Shown here in pieces: positions 28,001 to 42,990 of a stretch of DNA of 64,000 nucleotides. The DNA is from Balanoglossus misakiensis. Taxonomy: Eukaryota; Animalia; Hemichordata. Location: assembly GCA_040954595.2 (NCBI GenBank), contig CM082576.2, forward strand, positions 18,709,028 through 18,773,027, given 5' to 3'. The number at the start of each line of letters is the position of its first letter. The stretch's first letter is position 1. Under the pieces are notes generated by a model. That model saw only the letters and a program-made list of their open reading frames with translations. It had not been told where the DNA came from and made no database searches. Both the position numbers and the translations under genes were made by a program.

Positions 28001-31000
28001 ATTATTTTCACCCATGATTTTTTTCAAAAATCGACAAAATTTTTAGATTTTGCAAAGTCGAAAATTTGTCATTTTTTGATGATTTTCACCATGATTTTTT
28101 TTTTAAAAATCGACGAAATTTTGAGATTTTGCAAAGACGAAAATTTGTCATTTTTTGATGATTTTCACCCATGATTTTTTTTCAAAAATGTACGAAATTT
28201 TGAGATTTTGCAAAGTCGAAAATTTGTCGTTTTTTGATGATTTTCACCCATGATTTTTTTCAAAAATCGACAAAATTTTGAGATTTTGCAAAGACGAAAA
28301 TTTGTCATTTTTTGATGATTTTCACCCATGATTTTTTTCAAAAGTCGACGAAATTTTGAGATTTTGCAAAGACAAAATTTTTTCATTTTTTGATGATTTT
28401 CACCCGTGATTTTTTTCAAAAATAGACAAAATTTTGAGATTTTGCAAAGTCGAAAATTTGTAATTTTTTGATGATTTTCACCCATGTTTTTTTTCAAAAT
28501 TGAACGAACCCATGATTTTTTTCAAAAATCGACGAAATTTTGAGATTTTGCAAAGTCGAAAATTTGTCATTTTTTGATGATTTTCACCCATGATTTTTTT
28601 CAAAAATCGACGAAATTTTGAGATTTTGCAAAGTCGAAAATTTGTCATTTTTTGATTATTTTCACCCATGTTTTTTTTCAAAAATCAACGAACCCATGAT
28701 TTTTTTTCAAAAAAGGACAAAATTTTGAGATTTTGCAAAGTCGAAAATTTGTCATTTATCAATGATTTTCACCCATGATTGTTTTTCAAAAATCGACAAA
28801 ATTTTGAGATTTTGCAAAGTCGAAAATTTGTAATTTTTTGATGATTTTCACCCATGTTTTTTTTCAAAATTGAACGAACCCATGATTTTTTTCAAAAATC
28901 GACAAAATTTTGAGATTTTGCAAAGACGATAATTTGTCATTTTTTGAGGATTTTCACCCACGATTTTTTTCAAAAGTCGACGAAATTTTGAGATTTTGCA
29001 AAGACAAATTTTTTTCATTTTTTGATGATTTTCACCCGTGATTTTTTTCAAAAATAGACAAAATTTTGAGATTTTTGAAAGTCGAAAATTTGTAATTTTT
29101 TGATGATTTTCACCCATGTTTTTTTTCAAAATTGAACGAACCCATGATTTTTTTCAAAAATCGACGAAATTTTGAGATTTTGCAAAGTCGAAAATTTGTC
29201 ATTTTTTGATGATTTTCACCCATGATTTTTTTCAAAAATCGACAAAATTTTTAGATTTTGCAAAGTCGAAAATTTGTCATTTTTTGATGATTTTCACCCG
29301 TTTTTTTTCAAAAATCAACGAACCCATGATTTTTTTTCAAAAAAGGACAAAATTTTGAGATTTTGCAAAGTCGAAAATTTGTCATTAATGATTTTCACCC
29401 ATGATTTTTTTTCAAAAATCGACAAAATTTTTAGATTTTGCAAAGTCGAAAATTTGTCATTTTTTGATGATTTTCACCCATGTTTTTTTTCAAAAATCAA
29501 CGAACCCATGATTTTTTTTCAAAAAAGGACAAAATTTTGAGATTTTGCAAAGTCGAAAATTTGTCATTTATTAATGATTTTCACCCATGATTTTTTTTCA
29601 AAAATCGACAAAATTTTGAGATTTTGCAAAGTCGAAAATTTGTAATTTTTTGATGATTTTCACCCATGTTTTTTTTCAAAATTGAACGAACCCATGATTT
29701 TTTTCAAAAATCGACGAAATTTTGAGATTTTGCAAAGTCGAAAATTTGTCATTTTTTGATGATTTTCACCCATGATTTTTTTCAAAAATCGACAAAATTT
29801 TTAGATTTTGCAAAGTCGAAAATTTGTCATTTTTTGATTATTTTCATTCATGATTTTTTTCAAAAATCGACAAAATTTTTAGATTTTGCAAAGTCGAAAA
29901 TTTGTCATTTTTTGATGATTTTCACCATGATTTTTTTTTTAAAAATCGACGAAATTTTGAGATTTTGCAAAGTCGAAAATTTGTCGTTTTTTGATGATTT
30001 TCACCCATGATTTTTTTCAAAAATCGACAAAATTTTGAGATTTTGCAAAGACGAAAATTTGTCATTTTTTGATGATTTTCACCCATGATTTTTTTCAAAA
30101 GTCGACGAAATTTTGAGATTTTGCAAAGACAAATTTTTTTCATTTTTTGATGATTTTCACCCGTGATTTTTTTCAAAAATAGACAAAATTTTGAGATTTT
30201 GCAAAGTCGAAAATTTGTAATTTTTTGATGATTTTCACCCATGTTTTTTTTCAAAATTGAACGAACCCATGATTTTTTTCAAAAATCGACGAAATTTTGA
30301 GATTTTGCAAAGTCGAAAATTTGTCATCTTTTGATGATTTTCACCCATGATTTTTTTCAAAAATCGACAAAATTTTTAGATTTTGCAAAGTCGAAAATTT
30401 GTCATTTTTTGATTATTTTCACCCATGATTTTTTTCAAAAATCGACAAAATTTTTAGATTTTGCAAAGTCTAAAATTTGTCATTTTTTGATGATTTTCAC
30501 CATGATTTTTTTTTTAAAAATCGACGAAATTTTGAGATTTTGCAAAGTCGAAAATTTGTCATTTTTTGATGATTTTCACCCATGATTTTTTTCAAAAATC
30601 GACAAAATTTTTAGATTTTGCAAAGTCGAAAATTTGTCATTTTTTGATTATTTTCACCCATGATTTTTTTCAAAAATCGACAAAATTTTTAGATTTTGCA
30701 AAGTCGAAAATTTGTCATTTTTTGATGATTTTCACCATGATTTTTTTTTTAAAAATCGACGAAATTTTGAGATTTTGCAAAGACGAAAATTTGTCATTTT
30801 TTGATGATTTTCACCCATGATTTTTTTTCAAAAATGTACGAAATTTTGAGATTTGGCAAAGTCGAAAATTTGTCGTTTTTTGATGATTTTCACCCATGAT
30901 TTTTTTCAAAAATCGACAAAATTTTGAGATTTTGCAAAGACGAAAATTTGTCATTTTTTGATGATTTTCACCCATGATTTTTTTCAAAAGTCGACGAAAT

Positions 31001-31108
31001 TTTGAGATTTTGCAAAGACAAAATTTTTTCATTTTTTGATGATTTTCACCCGTGATTTTTTTCAAAAATAGACAAAATTTTGAGATTTTGCAAAGTCGAA
31101 AATTTGTA

Positions 31109-34100
31109 ATTTTTTGATGATTTTCACCCATGTTTTTTTCAAAATTGAACGAACCCATGATTTTTTTCAAAAATCGACGAAATTTTGAGATTTTGCAAAG
31201 TCGAAAATTTGTCATTTTTTGATGATTTTCACCCATGATTTTTTTCAAAAATCGACAAAATTTTTAGATTTTGCAAAGTCGAAAATTTGTCATTTTTTGG
31301 TTATTTTCACCCATGATTTTTTTCAAAAATCGACAAAATTTTTAGATTTTGCAAAGTCGAAAATTTGTCATTTTTTGATGATTTTCACCATGATTTTTTT
31401 TTTAAAAATCGACGAAATTTTGAGATTTTGCAAAGACGAAAATTTGTCATTTTTTGATGATTTTCACCCATGATTTTTTTTCAAAATTGAACGAACCCAT
31501 GATTTTTTTCAAAAATCGACGAAATTTTGAGATTTTGCAAAGTCGAAAATTTGTCATCTTTTGATGATTTTCACCCATGATTTTTTTCAAAAATCGACAA
31601 AATTTTTAGATTTTGCAAAGTCGAAAATTTGTCATTTTTTGATTATTTTCACCCATGATTTTTTTCAAAAATCGACAAAATTTTTAGATTTTGCAAAGTC
31701 TAAAATTTGTCATTTTTTGATGATTTTCACCATGATTTTTTTTTTAAAAATCGACGAAATTTTGAGATTTTGCAAAGTCGAAAATTTGTCATTTTTTGAT
31801 GATTTTCACCCATGATTTTTTTCAAAAATCGACAAAATTTTTAGATTTTGCAAAGTCGAAAATTTGTCATTTTTTGATGATTTTCACCATGATTTTTTTT
31901 TTAAAAATCGACGAAATTTTGAGATTTTGCAAAGTCGAAAATTTGTCATCTTTTGATGATTTTCACCCATGATTTTTTTCAAAAATCGACAAAATTTTTA
32001 GATTTTGCAAAGTCGAAAATTTGTCATTTTTTGATTATTTTCACCCATGATTTTTTTCAAAAATCGACAAAATTTTTAGATTTTGCAAAGTCGAAAATTT
32101 GTCATTTTTTGATGATTTTCACCCATGATTTTTTTTCAAAAATGTACGAAATTTTGAGATTTTGCAAAGTCGAAAATTTGTCGTTTTTTGATGATTTTCA
32201 CCCATGATTTTTTTCAAAAATCGACAAAATTTTGAGATTTTGCAAAGACGAAAATTTGTCATTTTTTGATGATTTTCACCCATGATTTTTTTCAAAAGTC
32301 GACGAAATTTTGAGATTTTGCAAAGACAAAATTTTTTCATTTTTTGATGATTTTCACCCGTGATTTTTTTCAAAAATAGACAAAATTTTGAGATTTTGCA
32401 AAGTCGAAAATTTGTAATTTTTTGATGATTTTCACCCATGTTTTTTTCAAAATTGAACGAACCCATGATTTTTTTCAAAAATCGACGAAATTTTGAGATT
32501 TTGCAAAGTCGAAAATTTGTCATTTTTTGATGATTTTCACCCATGATTTTTTTCAAAAATCGACAAAATTTTTAGATTTTGCAAAGTCGAAAATTTGTCA
32601 TTTTTTGGTTATTTTCACCCATGATTTTTTTCAAAAATCGACAAAATTTTTAGATTTTGCAAAGTCGAAAATTTGTCATTTTTTGATGATTTTCACCATG
32701 ATTTTTTTTTTAAAAATCGACGAAATTTTGAGATTTTGCAAAGACAAAATTTTTTCATTTTTTGATGATTTTCACCCGTGATTTTTTTCAAAAATAGACA
32801 AAATTTTGAGATTTTGCAAAGTCGAAAATTTGTAATTTTTTGATGATTTTCACCCATGTTTTTTTCAAAATTGAACGAACCCATGATTTTTTTCAAAAAT
32901 CGACAAAATTTTGAGATTTTGCAAAGACGAAAATTTGTCATTTTTTGATGATTTTCACCCATGATTTTTTTCAAAAGTCGACGAAATTTTGAGATTTTGC
33001 AAAGACAAAATTTTTTCATTTTTTGATGATTTTCACCCGTGATTTTTTTCAAAAATAGACAAAATTTTGAGATTTTGCAAAGTCGAAAATTTGTCATTTT
33101 TTGATGATTTTCACCATGATTTTTTTTTTAAAAATCGACGAAATTTTTAGATTTTGCAAAGACGAAAATTTGTCATTTTTTGATGATTTTCACCCATGAT
33201 TTTTTTTCAAAATTGAACGAACCCATGATTTTTTTCAAAAATCGACGAAATTTTGAGATTTTGCAAAGTCGAAAATTTGTCATCTTTTGATGATTTTCAC
33301 CCATGATTTTTTTCAAAAGTCGACGAAATTTTGAGATTTTGCAAAGACAAAATTTTTTCATTTTTTGATGATTTTCACCCGTGATTTTTTTCAAAAATAG
33401 ACAAAATTTTGAGATTTTGCAAAGTCGAAAATTTGTCATTTTTTGATGATTTTCACCATGATTTTTTTTTTTAAAAATCGACGAAATTTTGAGATTTTGC
33501 AAAGACGAAAATTTGTCATTTTTTGATGATTTTCACCCATGATTTTTTTTCAAAATTGAACGAACCCATGATTTTTTTCAAAAATCGACGAAATTTTGAG
33601 ATTTTGCAAAGTCGAAAATTTGTCATCTTTTGATGATTTTCACCCATGATTTTTTTCAAAAATCGACAAAATTTTTAGATTTTGCAAAGTCGAAAATTTG
33701 TCATTTTTTGATTATTTTCACCCATGATTTTTTTCAAAAATCGACAAAATTTTTAGATTTTGCAAAGTCTAAAATTTGTCATTTTTTGATGATTTTCACC
33801 ATGATTTTTTTTTAAAAAATCGACGAAATTTTGAGATTTTGCAAAGTCGAAAATTTGTCATTTTTTGATGATTTTCACCCATGTTTTTTTCAAAATTGAA
33901 CGAACCCATGATTTTTTTCAAAAATCGACGAAATTTTGAGATTTTGCAAAGTCGAAAATTTGTCATTTTTTGATGATTTTCACCCATGATTTTTTTCAAA
34001 AATCGACAAAATTTTTAGATTTTGCAAAGTCGAAAATTTGTCATTTTTTGGTTATTTTCACCCATGATTTTTTTCAAAAATCGACAAAATTTTTAGATTT

Positions 34101-36634
34101 TGCAAAGTCGAAAATTTGTCATTTTTTGATGATTTTCACCATGATTTTTTTTTTAAAAATCGACGAAATTTTGAGATTTTGCAAAGACGAAAATTTGTCA
34201 TTTTTTGATGATTTTCACCCATGATTTTTTTTCAAAATTGAACGAACCCATGATTTTTTTCAAAAATCGACGAAATTTTGAGATTTTGCAAAGTCGAAAA
34301 TTTGTCATCTTTTGATGATTTTCACCCATGATTTTTTTCAAAAATCGACAAAATTTTTAGATTTTGCAAAGTCGAAAATTTGTCATTTTTTGATTATTTT
34401 CACCCATGATTTTTTTCAAAAATCGACAAAATTTTTAGATTTTGCAAAGTCTAAAATTTGTCATTTTTTGATGATTTTCACCATGATTTTTTTTTTAAAA
34501 ATCGACGAAATTTTGAGATTTTGCAAAGTCGAAAATTTGTCATTTTTTGATGATTTTCACCCATGATTTTTTTCAAAAATCGACAAAATTTTTAGATTTT
34601 GCAAAGTCGAAAATTTGTCATTTTTTGATGATTTTCACCATGATTTTTTTTTTAAAAATCGACGAAATTTTGAGATTTTGCAAAGTCGAAAATTTGTCAT
34701 CTTTTGATGATTTTCACCCATGATTTTTTTCAAAAATCGACAAAATTTTTAGATTTTGCAAAGTCGAAAATTTGTCATTTTTTGATTATTTTCACCCATG
34801 ATTTTTTTCAAAAATCGACAAAATTTTTAGATTTTGCAAAGTCGAAAATTTGTCATTTTTTGATGATTTTCACCCATGATTTTTTTTCAAAAATGTACGA
34901 AATTTTGAGATTTTGCAAAGTCGAAAATTTGTCGTTTTTTGATGATTTTCACCCATGATTTTTTTCAAAAATCGACAAAATTTTGAGATTTTGCAAAGAC
35001 GAAAATTTGTCATTTTTTGATGATTTTCACCCATGATTTTTTTCAAAAGTCGACGAAATTTTGAGATTTTGCAAAGACAAAATTTTTTCATTTTTTGATG
35101 ATTTTCACCCGTGATTTTTTTCAAAAATAGACAAAATTTTGAGATTTTGCAAAGTCGAAAATTTGTAATTTTTTGATGATTTTCACCCATGTTTTTTTCA
35201 AAATTGAACGAACCCATGATTTTTTTCAAAAATCGACGAAATTTTGAGATTTTGCAAAGTCGAAAATTTGTCATTTTTTGATGATTTTCACCCATGATTT
35301 TTTTCAAAAATCGACAAAATTTTTAGATTTTGCAAAGTCGAAAATTTGTCATTTTTTGGTTATTTTCACCCATGATTTTTTTCAAAAATCGACAAAATTT
35401 TTAGATTTTGCAAAGTCGAAAATTTGTCATTTTTTGATGATTTTCACCATGATTTTTTTTTTAAAAATCGACGAAATTTTGAGATTTTGCAAAGACAAAA
35501 TTTTTTCATTTTTTGATGATTTTCACCCGTGATTTTTTTCAAAAATAGACAAAATTTTGAGATTTTGCAAAGTCGAAAATTTGTAATTTTTTGATGATTT
35601 TCACCCATGTTTTTTTCAAAATTGAACGAACCCATGATTTTTTTCAAAAATCGACAAAATTTTGAGATTTTGCAAAGACGAAAATTTGTCATTTTTTGAT
35701 GATTTTCACCCATGATTTTTTTCAAAAGTCGACGAAATTTTGAGATTTTGCAAAGACAAAATTTTTTCATTTTTTGATGATTTTCACCCGTGATTTTTTT
35801 CAAAAATAGACAAAATTTTGAGATTTTGCAAAGTCGAAAATTTGTCATTTTTTGATGATTTTCACCATGATTTTTTTTTTAAAAATCGACGAAATTTTTA
35901 GATTTTGCAAAGACGAAAATTTGTCATTTTTTGATGATTTTCACCCATGATTTTTTTTCAAAATTGAACGAACCCATGATTTTTTTCAAAAATCGACGAA
36001 ATTTTGAGATTTTGCAAAGTCGAAAATTTGTCATCTTTTGATGATTTTCACCCATGATTTTTTTCAAAAGTCGACGAAATTTTGAGATTTTGCAAAGACA
36101 AAATTTTTTCATTTTTTGATGATTTTCACCCGTGATTTTTTTCAAAAATAGACAAAATTTTGAGATTTTGCAAAGTCGAAAATTTGTCATTTTTTGATGA
36201 TTTTCACCATGATTTTTTTTTTTAAAAATCGACGAAATTTTGAGATTTTGCAAAGACGAAAATTTGTCATTTTTTGATGATTTTCACCCATGATTTTTTT
36301 TCAAAATTGAACGAACCCATGATTTTTTTCAAAAATCGACGAAATTTTGAGATTTTGCAAAGTCGAAAATTTGTCATCTTTTGATGATTTTCACCCATGA
36401 TTTTTTTCAAAAATCGACAAAATTTTTAGATTTTGCAAAGTCGAAAATTTGTCATTTTTTGATTATTTTCACCCATGATTTTTTTCAAAAATCGACAAAA
36501 TTTTTAGATTTTGCAAAGTCTAAAATTTGTCATTTTTTGATGATTTTCACCATGATTTTTTTTTAAAAAATCGACGAAATTTTGAGATTTTGCAAAGTCG
36601 AAAATTTGTCATTTTTTGATGATTTTCACCCATG
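31109..36634. repeat. Tandem duplication with 2751-bp period, apparently identical copies
   Basis: Eight consecutive ORFs repeat at exactly +2751 (31219/33970, 31561/34312, 31953/34704, 32119/34870, 32527/35278, 32693/35444, 33173/35924, 33630/36381). Confidence 0.92.
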
Positions 36635-37339
36635 ATTTTTTTCAAAAATCGACAAAATTTTTAGATTTTGCAAAGTCGAAAATTTGTCATTTTTTGATTA
36701 TTTTCACCCATGATTTTTTTCAAAAATCGACAAAATTTTTAGATTTTGCAAAGTCGAAAATTTGTCATTTTTTGATGATTTTCACCATGATTTTTTTTTT
36801 AAAAATCGACGAAATTTTGAGATTTTGCAAAGACGAAAATTTGTCATTTTTTGATGATTTTCACCATGATTTTTTTTTTAAAAATCGACGAAATTTTGAG
36901 ATTTTGCAAAGTCGAAAATTTGTCGTTTTTTGATGATTTTCACCCATGATTTTTTTCAAAAATCGACAAAATTTTGAGATTTTGCAAAGACGAAAATTTG
37001 TCATTTTTTGATGATTTTCACCATGATTTTTTTTTTAAAAATCGACGAAATTTTGAGATTTTGCAAAGTCGAAAATTTGTCGTTTTTTGATGATTTTCAC
37101 CCATGATTTTTTTCAAAAATCGACAAAATTTTGAGATTTTGCAAAGACGAAAATTTGTCATTTTTTGATGATTTTCACCCATGATTTTTTTCAAAAGTCG
37201 ACGAAATTTTGAGATTTTGCAAAGACAAAATTTTTTCATTTTTTGATGATTTTCACCCGTGATTTTTTTCAAAAATAGACAAAATTTTGAGATTTTGCAA
37301 AGTCGAAAATTTGTAATTTTTTGATGATTTTCACCCATG

Positions 37340-40300
37340 TTTTTTTTCAAAATTGAACGAACCCATGATTTTTTTCAAAAATCGACGAAATTTTGAGATT
37401 TTGCAAAGTCGAAAATTTGTCATCTTTTGATGATTTTCACCCATGATTTTTTTCAAAAATCGACAAAATTTTTAGATTTTGCAAAGTCGAAAATTTGTCA
37501 TTTTTTGATTATTTTCACCCATGATTTTTTTCAAAAATCGACAAAATTTTTAGATTTTGCAAAGTCTAAAATTTGTCATTTTTTGATGATTTTCACCATG
37601 ATTTTTTTTTTAAAAATCGACGAAATTTTGAGATTTTGCAAAGTCGAAAATTTGTCATTTTTTGATGATTTTCACCCATGATTTTTTTCAAAAATCGACA
37701 AAATTTTTAGATTTTGCAAAGTCGAAAATTTGTCATTTTTTGATTATTTTCACCCATGATTTTTTTCAAAAATCGACAAAATTTTTAGATTTTGCAAAGT
37801 CGAAAATTTGTCATTTTTTGATGATTTTCACCATGATTTTTTTTTTAAAAATCGACGAAATTTTGAGATTTTGCAAAGACGAAAATTTGTCATTTTTTGA
37901 TGATTTTCACCCATGATTTTTTTTCAAAAATGTACGAAATTTTGAGATTTTGCAAAGTCGAAAATTTGTCGTTTTTTGATGATTTTCACCCATGATTTTT
38001 TTCAAAAATCGACAAAATTTTGAGATTTTGCAAAGACGAAAATTTGTCATTTTTTGATGATTTTCACCCATGATTTTTTTCAAAAGTCGACGAAATTTTG
38101 AGATTTTGCAGAGACAAAATTTTTTCATTTTTTGATGATTTTCACCCGTGATTTTTTTCAAAAATAGACAAAATTTTGAGATTTTGCAAAGTCGAAAATT
38201 TGTAATTTTTTGATGATTTTCACCCATGTTTTTTTCAAAATTGAACGAACCCATGATTTTTTTCAAAAATCGACGAAATTTTGAGATTTTGCAAAGTCGA
38301 AAATTTGTCATTTTTTGATGATTTTCACCCATGATTTTTTTCAAAAATCGACAAAATTTTTAGATTTTGCAAAGTCGAAAATTTGTCATTTTTTGGTTAT
38401 TTTCACCCATGATTTTTTTCAAAAATCGACAAAATTTTTAGATTTTGCAAAGTCGAAAATTTGTCATTTTTTGATGATTTTCACCATGATTTTTTTTTTA
38501 AAAATCGACGAAATTTTGAGATTTTGTCATTTTTTGATGATTTTCACCCATGATTTTTTTTCAAAATTGAACGAACCCATGATTTTTTTCAAAAATCGAC
38601 GAAATTTTGAGATTTTGCAAAGTCGAAAATTTGTCATCTTTTGATGATTTTCACCCATGATTTTTTTCAAAAATCGACAAAATTTTTAGATTTTGCAAAG
38701 TCGAAAATTTGTCATTTTTTGATTATTTTCACCCATGATTTTTTTCAAAAATCGACAAAATTTTTAGATTTTGCAAAGTCTAAAATTTGTCATTTTTTGA
38801 TGATTTTCACCATGATTTTTTTTTTAAAAATCGACGAAATTTTGAGATTTTGCAAAGTCGAAAATTTGTCATTTTTTGATGATTTTCACCCATGATTTTT
38901 TTCAAAAATCGACAAAATTTTTAGATTTTGCAAAGTCGAAAATTTGTCATTTTTTGATTATTTTCACCCATGATTTTTTTCAAAAATCGACAAAATTTTT
39001 AGATTTTGCAAAGTCGAAAATTTGTCATTTTTTGATGATTTTCACCATGATTTTTTTTTTAAAAATCGACGAAATTTTGAGATTTTGCAAAGACGAAAAT
39101 TTGTCATTTTTTGATGATTTTCACCCATGATTTTTTTTCAAAAATGTACGAAATTTTGAGATTTTGCAAAGTCGAAAATTTGTCGTTTTTTGATGATTTT
39201 CACCCATGATTTTTTTCAAAAATCGACAAAATTTTGAGATTTTGCAAAGACGAAAATTTGTCATTTTTTGATGATTTTCACCCATGATTTTTTTCAAAAG
39301 TCGACGAAATTTTGAGATTTTGCAAAGACAAAATTTTTTCATTTTTTGATGATTTTCACCCGTGATTTTTTTCAAAAATAGACAAAATTTTGAGATTTTG
39401 CAAAGTCGAAAATTTGTAATTTTTTGATGATTTTCACCCATGTTTTTTTCAAAATTGAACGAACCCATGATTTTTTTCAAAAATCGACGAAATTTTGAGA
39501 TTTTGCAAAGTCGAAAATTTGTCATTTTTTGATGATTTTCACCCATGATTTTTTTCAAAAATCGACAAAATTTTTAGATTTTGCAAAGTCGAAAATTTGT
39601 CATTTTTTGGTTATTTTCACCCATGATTTTTTTCAAAAATCGACAAAATTTTTAGATTTTGCAAAGTCGAAAATTTGTCATTTTTTGATGATTTTCACCA
39701 TGATTTTTTTTTTAAAAATCGACGAAATTTTGAGATTTTGCAAAGACGAAAATTTGTCATTTTTTGATGATTTTCACCCATGATTTTTTTTCAAAAATGT
39801 ACGAAATTTTGAGATTTTGCAAAGTCGAAAATTTGTCGTTTTTTGATGATTTTCACCCATGATTTTTTTCAAAAATCGACAAAATTTTGAGATTTTGCAA
39901 AGACGAAAATTTGTCATTTTTTGATGATTTTCACCCATGATTTTTTTCAAAAATCGACAAAATTTTGAGATTTTGCAAAGACGAAAATTTGTCATTTTTT
40001 GATGATTTTCACCCATGATTTTTTTCAAAAGTCGACGAAATTTTGAGATTTTGCAAAGACAAAATTTTTTCATTTTTTGATGATTTTCACCCGTGATTTT
40101 TTTCAAAAATAGACAAAATTTTGAGATTTTGCAAAGACGAAAATTTGTAATTTTTTGATGATTTTCACCCATGTTTTTTTTCAAAATTGAACGAACCCAT
40201 GATTTTTTTCAAAAATCGACGAAATTTTGAGATTTTGCAAAGTCGAAAATTTGTCATCTTTTGATGATTTTCACCCATGATTTTTTTCAAAAATCGACAA

Positions 40301-42990
40301 AATTTTTAGATTTTGCAAAGTCGAAAATTTGTCATTTTTTGATTATTTTCACCCATGATTTTTTTCAAAAATCGACAAAATTTTTAGATTTTGCAAAGTC
40401 TAAAATTTGTCATTTTTTGATGATTTTCACCATGATTTTTTTTTTAAAAATCGACGAAATTTTGAGATTTTGCAAAGTCGAAAATTTGTCATTTTTTGAT
40501 GATTTTCACCCATGATTTTTTTCAAAAATCGACAAAATTTTTAGATTTTGCAAAGTCGAAAATTTGTCATTTTTTGATTATTTTCACCCATGATTTTTTT
40601 CAAAAATCGACAAAATTTTTAGATTTTGCAAAGTCGAAAATTTGTCATTTTTTGATGATTTTCACCATGATTTTTTTTTTAAAAATCGACGAAATTTTGA
40701 GATTTTGCAAAGACGAAAATTTGTCATTTTTTGATGATTTTCACCCATGATTTTTTTTCAAAAATGTACGAAATTTTGAGATTTTGCAAAGTCGAAAATT
40801 TGTCGTTTTTTGATGATTTTCACCCATGATTTTTTTCAAAAATCGACAAAATTTTGAGATTTTGCAAAGACGAAAATTTGTCATTTTTTGATGATTTTCA
40901 CCCATGATTTTTTTCAAAAGTCGACGAAATTTTGAGATTTTGCAGAGACAAAATTTTTTCATTTTTTGATGATTTTCACCCGTGATTTTTTTCAAAAATA
41001 GACAAAATTTTGAGATTTTGCAAAGTCGAAAATTTGTAATTTTTTGATGATTTTCACCCATGTTTTTTTCAAAATTGAACGAACCCATGATTTTTTTCAA
41101 AAATCGACGAAATTTTGAGATTTTGCAAAGTCGAAAATTTGTCATTTTTTGATGATTTTCACCCATGATTTTTTTCAAAAATCGACAAAATTTTTAGATT
41201 TTGCAAAGTCGAAAATTTGTCATTTTTTGGTTATTTTCACCCATGATTTTTTTCAAAAATCGACAAAATTTTTAGATTTTGCAAAGTCGAAAATTTGTCA
41301 TTTTTTGATGATTTTCACCATGATTTTTTTTTTAAAAATCGACGAAATTTTGAGATTTTGTCATTTTTTGATGATTTTCACCCATGATTTTTTTCAAAAT
41401 TGAACGAACCCATGATTTTTTTCAAAAATCGACGAAATTTTGAGATTTTGCAAAGTCGAAAATTTGTCATCTTTTGATGATTTTCACCCATGATTTTTTT
41501 CAAAAATCGACAAAATTTTTAGATTTTGCAAAGTCGAAAATTTGTCATTTTTTGATTATTTTCACCCATGATTTTTTTCAAAAATCGACAAAATTTTTAG
41601 ATTTTGCAAAGTCTAAAATTTGTCATTTTTTGATGATTTTCACCATGATTTTTTTTTTAAAAATCGACGAAATTTTGAGATTTTGCAAAGTCGAAAATTT
41701 GTCATTTTTTGATGATTTTCACCCATGATTTTTTTCAAAAATCGACAAAATTTTTAGATTTTGCAAAGTCGAAAATTTGTCATTTTTTGATTATTTTCAC
41801 CCATGATTTTTTTCAAAAATCGACAAAATTTTTAGATTTTGCAAAGTCGAAAATTTGTCATTTTTTGATGATTTTCACCATGATTTTTTTTTTAAAAATC
41901 GACGAAATTTTGAGATTTTGCAAAGACGAAAATTTGTCATTTTTTGATGATTTTCACCCATGATTTTTTTTCAAAAATGTACGAAATTTTGAGATTTTGC
42001 AAAGTCGAAAATTTGTCGTTTTTTGATGATTTTCACCCATGATTTTTTTCAAAAATCGACAAAATTTTGAGATTTTGCAAAGACGAAAATTTGTCATTTT
42101 TTGATGATTTTCACCCATGATTTTTTTCAAAAGTCGACGAAATTTTGAGATTTTGCAAAGACAAAATTTTTTCATTTTTTGATGATTTTCACCCGTGATT
42201 TTTTTCAAAAATAGACAAAATTTTGAGATTTTGCAAAGTCGAAAATTTGTAATTTTTTGATGATTTTCACCCATGTTTTTTTCAAAATTGAACGAACCCA
42301 TGATTTTTTTCAAAAATCGACGAAATTTTGAGATTTTGCAAAGTCGAAAATTTGTCATTTTTTGATGATTTTCACCCATGATTTTTTTCAAAAATCGACA
42401 AAATTTTTAGATTTTGCAAAGTCGAAAATTTGTCATTTTTTGGTTATTTTCACCCATGATTTTTTTCAAAAATCGACAAAATTTTTAGATTTTGCAAAGT
42501 CGAAAATTTGTCATTTTTTGATGATTTTCACCATGATTTTTTTTTTAAAAATCGACGAAATTTTGAGATTTTGCAAAGACGAAAATTTGTCATTTTTTGA
42601 TGATTTTCACCCATGATTTTTTTTCAAAAATGTACGAAATTTTGAGATTTTGCAAAGTCGAAAATTTGTCGTTTTTTGATGATTTTCACCCATGATTTTT
42701 TTCAAAAATCGACAAAATTTTGAGATTTTGCAAAGACGAAAATTTGTCATTTTTTGATGATTTTCACCCATGATTTTTTTCAAAAGTCGACGAAATTTTG
42801 AGATTTTGCAAAGACAAAATTTTTTCATTTTTTGATGATTTTCACCCGTGATTTTTTTCAAAAATAGACAAAATTTTGAGATTTTGCAAAGTCGAAAATT
42901 TGTAATTTTTTGATGATTTTCACCCATGTTTTTTTTCAAAATTGAACGAACCCATGATTTTTTTCAAAAATCGACGAAATTTTGAGATTT
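37340..42990. repeat. Tandem duplication with ~2834-bp period containing nested 1214- and 653-bp units
   Basis: ORF offsets are 2833-2834 (37427/40261, 37907/40741, 38315/41149, 38641/41474, 39121/41954, 39774/42607). GCAGAGACA occurs at ~38108/40942 and the 16-bp deletion at ~38518/41352. Confidence 0.88.
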
